A stretch of DNA of 32,000 bases from an uncultured Actinomycetota bacterium. GTDB lineage: Bacteria; Actinomycetota; Actinomycetes; JAHEKZ01. The position numbers and the translations under genes are program-made. The notes below the pieces were generated by a model, which searched no databases, was not told the origin of the DNA, and saw only the letters and a program-made list of their open reading frames with translations. The stretch's first letter is position 1. Every line of letters starts with the position of its first letter. The stretch lies in contig CAWHIJ010000003.1 in NCBI GenBank assembly GCA_963829525.1, positions 2,075,359 through 2,107,358 on the forward strand. Direction: 5' to 3'. Below, one piece after another: positions 25,065-32,000 of this stretch.

Positions 25065-25472
25065 TCAGGCGTCTGCGCGCTTGACCGCGAGAACCGGGCA
25101 GGTGGCGTCCAACAGGACACGCTGCGCGTTGCTGCCCATGATCAACTTCCCCACCGGGGTGCGCCTCCGGAGTCCGATCACGATCATCTCTGCGGAAACT
25201 TCCCCGGCAATCGCCACCAGGTCGTCGGCAGGGTCATTGCCACGGATGAGCCCTCGGACGTCGTGCTCGATGCCTTCGGCATGGAGGCGGTCGTGGATGG
25301 CCTCCACTTGCTCGTTGGTGAGGGCCATCTCCTCGTAGTCGGCCGTCCGGCCGCCCCGCTGAGAGTTGACCACCAGCAGGTTGCTCCCCCGAAGCTTGGC
25401 CTCATCGACGGCGCGATCGAGGGCCGCCTCGCCCTCTGGGCTCGGCACGTAACCCACCACGATCGTCCCCAT
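25065..25472 (-). CDS. Universal stress protein (UspA family)
   Basis: ATG at 25472 preceded by GAGGAGG. MGTIVVGY.. near the N-terminus and VIGLRRRTPVGKLIMGSNAQRVLLDATCPVLAVK (ATP-binding G-x2-G-x9-GS motif) near the C-terminus. Confidence 0.88.
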   Translation of the reverse strand: MGTIVVGYVPSPEGEAALDRAVDEAKLRGSNLLVVNSQRGGRTADYEEMALTNEQVEAIHDRLHAEGIEHDVRGLIRGNDPADDLVAIAGEVSAEMIVIGLRRRTPVGKLIMGSNAQRVLLDATCPVLAVKRADA

Positions 25473-25583
25473 GCAGACCTCCTCGACAGTCCAGGACTCC
25501 TGTGAACGCCGGGCCAAATGGTCCGACCTTCCAGACAGAGCCTGGCCGGACGCTACCCCACCTGCGGGCTATGGGCCAGGACC

Positions 25584-26480
25584 TCAGCCGATGACGAGCT
25601 CAGCCCTGGCCTCGACCACCGACACCGCTAAGGGGCCGACCGTCTGAACGACCGGGTCACCCCCAACCGGCCACGGCCCCATGCCATCGACGGTGAACCA
25701 CGCCTCCCAGGTACTGCTCACCGAAACGGGGTAGCTGCCCGCATGTGCATAAGGGTGGTTGACCGCCATCTCCGGCCAGGCACCACCCGGCTCGTCAGTC
25801 GTAAAGGCGTGGCCGTCCCCGAAGTCCCACGTCCACGTCGCCCGGCCGTCGAGGACGATGTCGAAGCCGACGAGCTGAAAGCGACGCTCTCCCAGCCTTG
25901 CTGGCTGACCCGACGCGAACACCGCTGGCAGCCCTATCAGGGTGCCTCCCTTCGGCTGAGACGTCGGCTGCAGCGGTGGGACGTTCTCAACCACGACGTC
26001 GGAAAGCTCACTGGCAACGTCGTCGATCGTCGTTGGCGCACCGCCAACCAGACAGACCAAACCGACCTCGCGCCAATCGATGTCGCCGGGTCGGAGGAGC
26101 AAGACGATCCGCCGGAACTCCCCCGGCGGGCAGGACGCAGCAGCCCCACCACACTCGACCCCACCAGCCTGGCCGTTGCCGCGGCACATCGGCAGCAGCG
26201 CCCAGCGGCACTCCGGACAGGTCGCTGCGTCCCTGCGGTCGGCGTCACTACCCGTAAAGCTGCCGGCCGGGAGCAACAGGCCACCCCTCCCGACGTATTG
26301 AGCCCCATCAGGGTCGGCAACCACATCGCAGTCGGCGCCAACGCACGGCTGCACGCTGAAGGCCGGAGTCGACGGCAGCCAGGCCACCAACAGTCCGAGC
26401 ACACCGCTGACAACGAGCAATGCACGCAACGGCGTCCGCCGCGTGCGTGGCCCCGCGGCAACAGGTCTCCCCCAGATCAT
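25584..26480 (-). CDS. Membrane-anchored/secreted Cys-rich protein with a PKD-like C-terminal domain
   Basis: N-terminal TM/signal segment LRALLVVSGVLGLLVAWL. The C-terminal WTWDFGDGHAF..HPYAHAGSYPVSV matches the PKD WxFGDG..HxY..GxY pattern. Confidence 0.65.
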   Translation of the reverse strand: MIWGRPVAAGPRTRRTPLRALLVVSGVLGLLVAWLPSTPAFSVQPCVGADCDVVADPDGAQYVGRGGLLLPAGSFTGSDADRRDAATCPECRWALLPMCRGNGQAGGVECGGAAASCPPGEFRRIVLLLRPGDIDWREVGLVCLVGGAPTTIDDVASELSDVVVENVPPLQPTSQPKGGTLIGLPAVFASGQPARLGERRFQLVGFDIVLDGRATWTWDFGDGHAFTTDEPGGAWPEMAVNHPYAHAGSYPVSVSSTWEAWFTVDGMGPWPVGGDPVVQTVGPLAVSVVEARAELVIG

Positions 26481-26596
26481 GGGCTGGAGGGTAGGGCGGT
26501 CACGCTATGCCGTGGGCCCAATCCACAGGCGGCGGACCCAACTGGAGCAACCTGACTACCGAGAGCGCTCAGCCGCTCACGGCCGGCCGCCGGGCG

Positions 26597-26911
26597 TCAC
26601 CTGCCGACGCGGCCATCCCCGGCACCGGGCAGGTCCTCTTCGTTGAAAAGGTCGAGTAGCTCGCCGACTCGATGACCGGCCTCATGCGGGTGTCTGAAGT
26701 GCTTTCCGGAGTTGACGGCATAGTGGTTTCGCCGTCCCCGCCGCTCGCGACTGATGTAGCCAGCCCCTTCGAGGTCAGCGACGATCATCTGCACCGAGCG
26801 CTCGGTGATACCAACCGACGCGGCGACGTCGCGAAGTCGTACATCGGGGTCGCTGGCGATGATGAGAAGCACCCGACCATGGTTGGTGAGGAGGGTCCAT
26901 TGCTCAGCCAC
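26597..26911 (-). CDS. Small winged-helix (MarR/ArsR-like) transcriptional regulator
   Basis: 104 aa. RLRDVAASVGITERSVQMIVADLEGAGYISRERRGRRNHY is an HTH-plus-wing pattern. Confidence 0.75.
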   Translation of the reverse strand: MAEQWTLLTNHGRVLLIIASDPDVRLRDVAASVGITERSVQMIVADLEGAGYISRERRGRRNHYAVNSGKHFRHPHEAGHRVGELLDLFNEEDLPGAGDGRVGR

Positions 26912-26974
26912 ACGCGAACGCTACCTCGCGAGATGCAGATCAGCCCAGAGGACGCGCATATCTCTCGCACTTGA

Positions 26975-28060
26975 TCACATGGCCGAGCGGGTCTTGCCCC
27001 AGGGTGATCGCTTGCGCTGGATCCGACGCCCAACGCGTCGGCAGTCCTCAGCGACTCCCGCAATGAACTCATGGGGGTTCATCCCACGCTGTTGTGCCTC
27101 GTCAAGCAGCCGCGCCATCGAGTAGTAGGGGTTGGCCGCTAGCGCCGCCTCGATCGCGATGTTGGCGCGCGCTCCGCTGCCTTCCGCCTGACACCAAAGG
27201 GCGTAGATGGTTGCGACGGGCGCCCGCCAGAGCGGTGGAGCGACACGGACGAGGTCGCGCCAGGCCACCTCGACCTCGCGCTCGGGACGACTGGTGAGGA
27301 ATCCGACCGTGGCGTCCCGGACGGCGATGTCCATCAACGCCCACAGCACCCGCGCTGCCTGCTCTGGTGTCGGCAAGGCAGCCCCTCGGCGCGCGTCGCG
27401 GACGAAGCCACGCACCTCGGCCCAGTCCTCGGCACGCAGGACAACTTCTGGTCGGTCGTCCTGGTCATCCCTCAGGGCGAGCAGCGCCTCGAGCACATCG
27501 GCCATGCGCTCCTGGTCAGGGTCGAGCTCGGCCTCGAGGTCGGCTCGCCCGGGAAGCGCGACCAACCCCTCGGCAACGGCGCCAGCTGCGAGCGCCCCCG
27601 CTCTCACCAACTCGGTCCCCTCAGGTGGGCAGCATGTGTCGTCCCGACAGCGGTAGGACCACCAGCGGCCGCCGCCAACGGCTAGCGCATCGACTTCCTT
27701 GAGCTCGTACTTGTCGAACACCCGCCGCAGTTCATCGCGATGGGCGCGGTGTGCCAGCGGGTGCCCGGCGATGGCGTCGTCATAGAGCGCGACCAGCACA
27801 CCGGTCGCACCGGCGGCCGCCGCCGAGTGACAAAGCGGCTCAGCGCACTCAGGCGGAGCATCGAGGTCGTACCGGGCGCTGACCACCACAGCCTTGCCGC
27901 GCATGGCGACAATCACGACGCTGTGTTCGGGATGGAACCCCAGCAGGTACGGGATCACCTGCAAGATCTCCGAGGGCCCGCTGGCCCGCAGAGTGGGGCG
28001 GGACTCAAGTGACAGCTTGGACGCGTGGGCCGGGACTCCGGCCGGAAGTGGAAGGCTCAT
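26975..28060 (-). CDS. DUF4192-family protein
   Basis: The ATG at 28060 is preferred, because the track start at 28369 adds an Arg-rich, non-protein-like extension. PSEILQVIPYLLGFHPEHSVVIVAM is the characteristic DUF4192 N-terminal motif. Confidence 0.7.
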   Translation of the reverse strand: MSLPLPAGVPAHASKLSLESRPTLRASGPSEILQVIPYLLGFHPEHSVVIVAMRGKAVVVSARYDLDAPPECAEPLCHSAAAAGATGVLVALYDDAIAGHPLAHRAHRDELRRVFDKYELKEVDALAVGGGRWWSYRCRDDTCCPPEGTELVRAGALAAGAVAEGLVALPGRADLEAELDPDQERMADVLEALLALRDDQDDRPEVVLRAEDWAEVRGFVRDARRGAALPTPEQAARVLWALMDIAVRDATVGFLTSRPEREVEVAWRDLVRVAPPLWRAPVATIYALWCQAEGSGARANIAIEAALAANPYYSMARLLDEAQQRGMNPHEFIAGVAEDCRRVGRRIQRKRSPWGKTRSAM

Positions 28061-28113
28061 GCGCCAGACCGTGCCGTGGGTGAAGGCGACCAGCAGGGCT
28101 GAGGCAGCGATCT

Positions 28114-28941
28114 GTGGACAACTTGACTCCTCACAGTCTCGGGAAAACCCGCCAGAAAGCGGCGTCTCGTCTGGCCGTCGGGGGCAAGGCAGCGCATGCT
28201 GATCCGGTGGAGTCACAACCGGCACCCCCCGAAACCGACGTAGGACGCCCCTACGGGCGCCGCATCGTGCTGTCGGTCGTCGGGATCGGCGCTGTCGGTT
28301 TCGCGCTCGGCGGCCCACTGCAGAACGCCATCGACGCCGTCCTCTCCCCTGTGCGCCGGGCCGACCCAACGGGGCTGACCTCGCTGGTTCCGGGTGAGGG
28401 CGGTTGGCGCTACTACTCGGTTACCGCGCAGCAACCCGACCTGACAACCGATGACTACACACTGCGCGTCGACGGCTTGGTCGACCGACCAGCAACGCTC
28501 ACCTGGGATGACCTCGCCGACCTGCCGCAGACCAATTGGACGCGCGACTTCCAGTGCGTCACCGGGTGGCGCGTCGACGACGCGGCCTGGCAGGGAGTCG
28601 AGGTACGAGCCATCCTCGACACCGTCGGCGTCCAGGGTTCAGCCCAAGCGGTCACGTTCTACTCCCACGACGGGACGTACACCGAGTCGCTCACCCTCGA
28701 TCAGATCGAACGGGACGAGGTGATGGTCGCCACGCACCTGGACGGCGAAGTGATCAGCCGCGACCACGGCGGCCCGGTGCGTCTACTGGTCGTCCCGATG
28801 TATGGGTACAAGTCGCTGAAGTGGCTGAGTCGTATCGAGCTGGTCGACGCTGTCGACCCCGGCTATTGGGAGGAGCGCGGTTATGACGTCGACGCCTATG
28901 TCGGATCGTCCAACGGACGCAACGACGACCCGATCACCTGA
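28114..28941 (+). CDS. Molybdopterin-dependent oxidoreductase (sulfite oxidase / MsrP-YedY fold)
   Basis: FQCVTGWRV, GGPVRLLVVPMYGYKSLKWLSRIELV and an N-terminal membrane/Tat-like segment GRRIVLSVVGIGAVGFALG. The start (GTG at 28114) is uncertain and may lie further downstream. Confidence 0.8.
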   Translation: MDNLTPHSLGKTRQKAASRLAVGGKAAHADPVESQPAPPETDVGRPYGRRIVLSVVGIGAVGFALGGPLQNAIDAVLSPVRRADPTGLTSLVPGEGGWRYYSVTAQQPDLTTDDYTLRVDGLVDRPATLTWDDLADLPQTNWTRDFQCVTGWRVDDAAWQGVEVRAILDTVGVQGSAQAVTFYSHDGTYTESLTLDQIERDEVMVATHLDGEVISRDHGGPVRLLVVPMYGYKSLKWLSRIELVDAVDPGYWEERGYDVDAYVGSSNGRNDDPIT

Positions 28942-29488
28942 CACACGCTTCTCGACGACCGAAGTTGTGGTCCACGCTGCGTTCGCGCTGCTAATCGCCG
29001 TGGGAATCGTCACCGCAGCGATCATGTGGATCGACCCCTTGGCCATCGCGGTCGGCCGCCGCGACCTCGTGCGCACGGTCCACGTCACAGCTGGTCTCCT
29101 CGCTCCGCTCCCGCTCGCCCTCGGTCTGCTGTCCGCACGCTTTCGTTCTGACGTCGCTCGGCTCGAACGGTGGACGGACTCCGACGTCGAGTGGCTCCGC
29201 TCCAAAGACCGACGGAGCGGCCGCATCCCCGTGCAACGGTTCAATGCGGGGCAGAAGCTCAACGCTGCGCTCACGATCGGAGCGGTTATCGTCCTGCTCG
29301 GAACCGGGACCGTCATGGGCGGTTGGCTTTGGTCGTGGCCAACGGCAGCACGCACCGACGCCACCTGGGTGCACGACTGGACGGCTTTCGCCCTCACGGC
29401 AGCAGTCATTGGGCACGTGGTCTTCGCGCTGCGTTACCGACGGGGCGATGCACCCCGTTCATCTGCCATGGCCCGAACCCTCCAGTGA
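28883..29488 (+). CDS. Cytochrome b (Ni_hydr_CYTB/b561-like) membrane subunit
   Basis: ATG at 28883 preceded by GGAGGAG, overlapping the upstream gene by 59 nt. The protein has four hydrophobic helices with conserved His residues (VVVHAAF, TVHVTAG, WVHDW, IGHVVF). Confidence 0.7.
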   Translation: MTSTPMSDRPTDATTTRSPDTRFSTTEVVVHAAFALLIAVGIVTAAIMWIDPLAIAVGRRDLVRTVHVTAGLLAPLPLALGLLSARFRSDVARLERWTDSDVEWLRSKDRRSGRIPVQRFNAGQKLNAALTIGAVIVLLGTGTVMGGWLWSWPTAARTDATWVHDWTAFALTAAVIGHVVFALRYRRGDAPRSSAMARTLQ

Positions 29489-31051
29489 CTCCCAAGCACG
29501 GACGGCCAGCTCGAGGCGGAGCCGGGTCTCGGGGTTGCCCAGGTCGCGCCCAAGAATCTGGGTGATCCGCTCAACGCGGTAGTAGATGGTGCGCCGCTCG
29601 ACACCGAGCCGCTGAGCTGCCGCGGTCTTTGAGCCGTTCTCGGCCAGCAGCGCCCGCAGCGTCAGCACGAGACTGGATCCGTGCGCGCGGTCGTAGTCCA
29701 GCAGCGGACCGAGCTCAGCCTCGAAGAAGCGACCCAGCTCGGGTCCCTCCGCCAGCCGATCGAGCAGCACCGAGAGACCGAGGTCTTCGTAAGGCACAAC
29801 AGCCCCGGTGCCGCCTCCAGGCAGCCGCTCGGCCGCGTGCCGGACTGCGTCGACCGCTTGGCGGTAAGCACGCAGTACGTCGTGATCGTCAACCATCCTG
29901 CTGAACCCCGCGCGGCAGCTGGGATGGCTGATATCGGAGCACAGCTGGGCGGGATCGACGGTCACCGGAACGGCAACTACCGCAACCACTCGCTCCCCGT
30001 CAGGAGCCACCAGCGCCCGACAGCCAGACGCATCCAGCGTCTTCGCGGTTCGGGTAGTAGCCGAGTCGCGCACACGTTCGCGAGCACGCGCACCTCCTTT
30101 CGGAAGCGGCAACGGTTCGACGACCAGGACGCGAAGGGGATCACGTCCCAAGTCGATGTCGAGCGCGCGGGCTCGACGCCGCAGCTCGCGTCCAGAGGTG
30201 ATGCGTTCCATGACCAGATCATTGATCAGCGCCGCCCGCGCAGTCTCGGTGATCAGGCTCGCTTCACGTTCGACCAGGAGCGCCAAAGCCACAGCCACGG
30301 TCGCACGGTCGACTGCCACAGCCTCAACCCGGCCAGGCTCGTTCCCGCAGTACACGCGCAACGTTCCCCAGCGCTCACCCCGGACGACGACATTCTGTTC
30401 GAGCAACTGACCGTTCTCACGCTTGACGCCCTCACGCACAGTCTCAACTCCGGTCGCGTCGGTGAGAACCACCGACCCGTCAACGATGTCAGCGAGCTTG
30501 CTGAGTATCTCGGTGATGTCGCCGCTGCTCACGACGAGATCGGTGAACGTCCTGGAGATTTCGTCGATCTTCTCCAGAGCCGCGATGTGCGCGGCGATCT
30601 CAGCCTCGGCGCGTTTTTGAGCAGTGATGTCTAGGAGTACGCCAGGCGAAAACCGGCGTCCATCCACCTCGACCGCCGACACCCGCTCCTCGATCCACAC
30701 CGTCTCGCCCGTGTCCGGGCGGACGTATCGCCACTCCTGACGTCCGCCTCCCTTCTCCATGAGCCGGAAGGTGCCCTCGTAGGCACGGTCCCGATCCTCG
30801 GGATGAACGTGGTGGAAGGTTTGGTCGAAGTGAGGGTTGGCGACATCCTCACGCTGCAACCCGAGAACCTGCTTGACCTGGGGGCCGATGTAGAGGGTTA
30901 TCTGCTCGTCGGGTACATCGATGTAGGGAACGACCGGCATCGACTCGAGGAGCATGGTGATGAGCTCCCATGCTTCGGGGCCGTCCCCGAGGGCCTGGGA
31001 GAGCGGCTCTGATGTGTGGGTTCTGGGTTCGGCAGCATCGCGATCAGGCAC
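29459..31051 (-). CDS. PucR-family transcriptional regulator with an N-terminal PAS domain
   Basis: GTG at 31051 preceded by GGGAGGTGG. A PAS-like segment (HPEDRDRAYEGTFRLMEKGGGRQEWRYVRPDTGETVWIEERVSAV) is followed by a C-terminal PucR HTH (SKTAAAQRLGVERRTIYYRVERITQILG). Confidence 0.85.
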   Translation of the reverse strand: MPDRDAAEPRTHTSEPLSQALGDGPEAWELITMLLESMPVVPYIDVPDEQITLYIGPQVKQVLGLQREDVANPHFDQTFHHVHPEDRDRAYEGTFRLMEKGGGRQEWRYVRPDTGETVWIEERVSAVEVDGRRFSPGVLLDITAQKRAEAEIAAHIAALEKIDEISRTFTDLVVSSGDITEILSKLADIVDGSVVLTDATGVETVREGVKRENGQLLEQNVVVRGERWGTLRVYCGNEPGRVEAVAVDRATVAVALALLVEREASLITETARAALINDLVMERITSGRELRRRARALDIDLGRDPLRVLVVEPLPLPKGGARARERVRDSATTRTAKTLDASGCRALVAPDGERVVAVVAVPVTVDPAQLCSDISHPSCRAGFSRMVDDHDVLRAYRQAVDAVRHAAERLPGGGTGAVVPYEDLGLSVLLDRLAEGPELGRFFEAELGPLLDYDRAHGSSLVLTLRALLAENGSKTAAAQRLGVERRTIYYRVERITQILGRDLGNPETRLRLELAVRAWESLEGSGHGR

Positions 31052-31227
31052 CTGCCACCTCCCAGCAACGAAGTCTTCACCCTGCAGTTCACTCTGTGCA
31101 GCGAACTTTCACATTCTGCGGCCCCACGGTCATGGGTGGAATGTTTTTCGGTAACAGTCGGGAGTCGGTTGCCGCCCAACCCGACCCCGGGTGCAGGGTG
31201 GGAAATGGGGTTGGGCAGGATGCCCAC

Positions 31228-31872
31228 ATGCGGCTGGATCACCTCTCATACGCAGCACCGACCGACCACCTCGCCGACGTCGTCCAGCGGTTGGGATCGC
31301 GGCTCGGTGCCGGATTCACCGATGGCGGTGTCCACCCCCGATTCGGCACCCGCAACTTCGTCCTTCCCCTCGCCGGCGGTGCCTACCTCGAGGTCGTAGC
31401 GGCCCTGGACCACCCGGCAGCTGACTCCGCTCCCTTCGGGCGTGCCGTCAAGGCGCGCTCCGTCGACGGTGGCGGGTGGCTGGGCTGGGTCGTCGAGGTG
31501 CCGGAGATGGCAACCGTCGAGAGTCGCCTCGGCCGCGAAGCGGTCGAGGGTCACCGTCGTCGCCCAGACGGCTACGACCTGCGCTGGAAGCAGATCGGCG
31601 TCAACGAACTGCTCGGAGACCCGCAGCTTCCATACTTCATCCACTGGGAGTGCGAGCCCGAGCAGCGCCCCGGCTACGGCAACGGAACAGATCTCCGCAT
31701 CACCAAACTCGAGATCGCCGGGGACTCCGGAGTCGTCACCGATTGGCTCGGCTCGCTCAACGGCGACCCTCTCGACGACGTTGAGGTCGAGTGGGTGACG
31801 CCGACCGACGACACTGAAGGTCTGGTTGCCGCACACTTCGCGACTCCGAACGGCATCGTCCGCGTCGACTAG
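31228..31872 (+). CDS. VOC family protein (glyoxalase-like domain)
   Basis: The ATG at 31228 gives MRLDHLSYAAP..GGVHPRFGTRNFVLPLAGGAYLEVVA, typical of the Glyoxalase_3-like family. The upstream part of the track ORF overlaps the divergent regulator. Confidence 0.75.
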   Translation: MRLDHLSYAAPTDHLADVVQRLGSRLGAGFTDGGVHPRFGTRNFVLPLAGGAYLEVVAALDHPAADSAPFGRAVKARSVDGGGWLGWVVEVPEMATVESRLGREAVEGHRRRPDGYDLRWKQIGVNELLGDPQLPYFIHWECEPEQRPGYGNGTDLRITKLEIAGDSGVVTDWLGSLNGDPLDDVEVEWVTPTDDTEGLVAAHFATPNGIVRVD

Positions 31873-31917
31873 TGAGCTTGCCCAACCGCGACTTCAGTGC
31901 AACGAGTCCAACCCCCG

Positions 31918-32000
31918 TCACGCCTTTTCGACGAACCAGACCTCTGGGTGTCCGGACACGCCAAGCGCGGCCATCGCAGCCTTGAGTTCGTCAGATCCGG
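31918..32000 (-). CDS. 3' end of an unidentified gene running off the right edge
   Basis: The minus-strand frame reads ..GSDELKAAMAALGVSGHPEVWFVEKA* with high third-position G+C and a stop at 31918..31920. The fragment is too short to assign a family. Confidence 0.4.
   Translation of the reverse strand, partial: GSDELKAAMAALGVSGHPEVWFVEKA

Noticed and set aside
25743-26555. 270-aa plus-strand ORF
   Set aside because: It is antisense to the PKD-like protein gene and is Arg/Pro-rich low-complexity sequence.
28061-28369. 103-codon Arg-rich N-terminal extension of the DUF4192 ORF
   Set aside because: Its composition (RRRWRSAVGRRARNRQRRSRR) is not protein-like, and it overlaps the divergent molybdoenzyme gene. 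The family motif starts after the ATG at 28060.
29681-30634. 317-aa plus-strand ORF
   Set aside because: It is antisense to the PAS-PucR regulator and has no recognisable motifs.
1-32000. Search for tRNA, rRNA, CRISPR arrays, IS terminal inverted repeats and toxin-antitoxin or defence-type gene pairs
   Set aside because: I recognised none by eye. There are no T-loop (GGTTCGAATCC-like) motifs, no regularly spaced repeats outside coding low-complexity sequence, and no transposase. The only mobile-element enzyme is the atypical serine recombinase.

Overview
This is high-GC, actinobacterial-type chromosomal DNA, densely coding, with about 30 supportable protein genes. I found no rRNA, tRNA or CRISPR array by eye.

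**1-14.8 kb: housekeeping and accessory metabolism.**
- An APC permease runs off the left edge and is missing from the ORF track.
- A TM2-domain protein sits divergent to a regulator combining a winged helix, a P-loop/STAND ATPase and a helical-repeat region.
- Then come a homocysteine S-methyltransferase, a secreted cupredoxin-like protein tightly linked to a multicopper oxidase, and a DHA2 MFS transporter preceded by an internally deleted SRPBCC relic.
- A translationally coupled pair follows: a gamma-butyrobetaine-hydroxylase-like Fe/2OG dioxygenase plus an HD-domain protein (TmpA/TmpB- or PhnY/PhnZ-style).
- The block ends with a stand-alone cNMP-binding protein, a secreted metallophosphoesterase and a large secreted beta-sandwich / ConA-like protein.

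**15.0-23.45 kb: patchwork with decay signatures.**
- A sulfatase + O-methyltransferase cassette is bracketed by diverged direct repeats. The right-hand repeat resembles the 3' end of a sigma-70 gene.
- Next are a PNPOx-family gene, a stretch where the best coding frame switches, a VOC gene and a PxKF-type secreted protein.
- A serine recombinase has a non-canonical catalytic N-terminus, and a second frameshifted recombinase HTH fragment lies nearby.
- A 5'-truncated, frameshifted RTX-repeat relic abuts the stop codon of the principal sigma factor gene.

**23.45-32 kb: ordinary conserved neighbourhood.** It holds sigA, USP, a PKD-like secreted protein, a small wHTH regulator, DUF4192, a molybdopterin oxidoreductase + cytochrome b pair, a PAS-PucR regulator and a glyoxalase-like VOC protein.

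**Novelty.** I do not see a convincing, complete, previously undescribed multi-gene system. The most interesting items are the TmpA/TmpB-like oxygenase pair of unknown substrate and the repeat-flanked cassette with sigma-gene relics and recombinase scars downstream of sigA. All functional calls rest on motif recognition by eye, and no database search was run.
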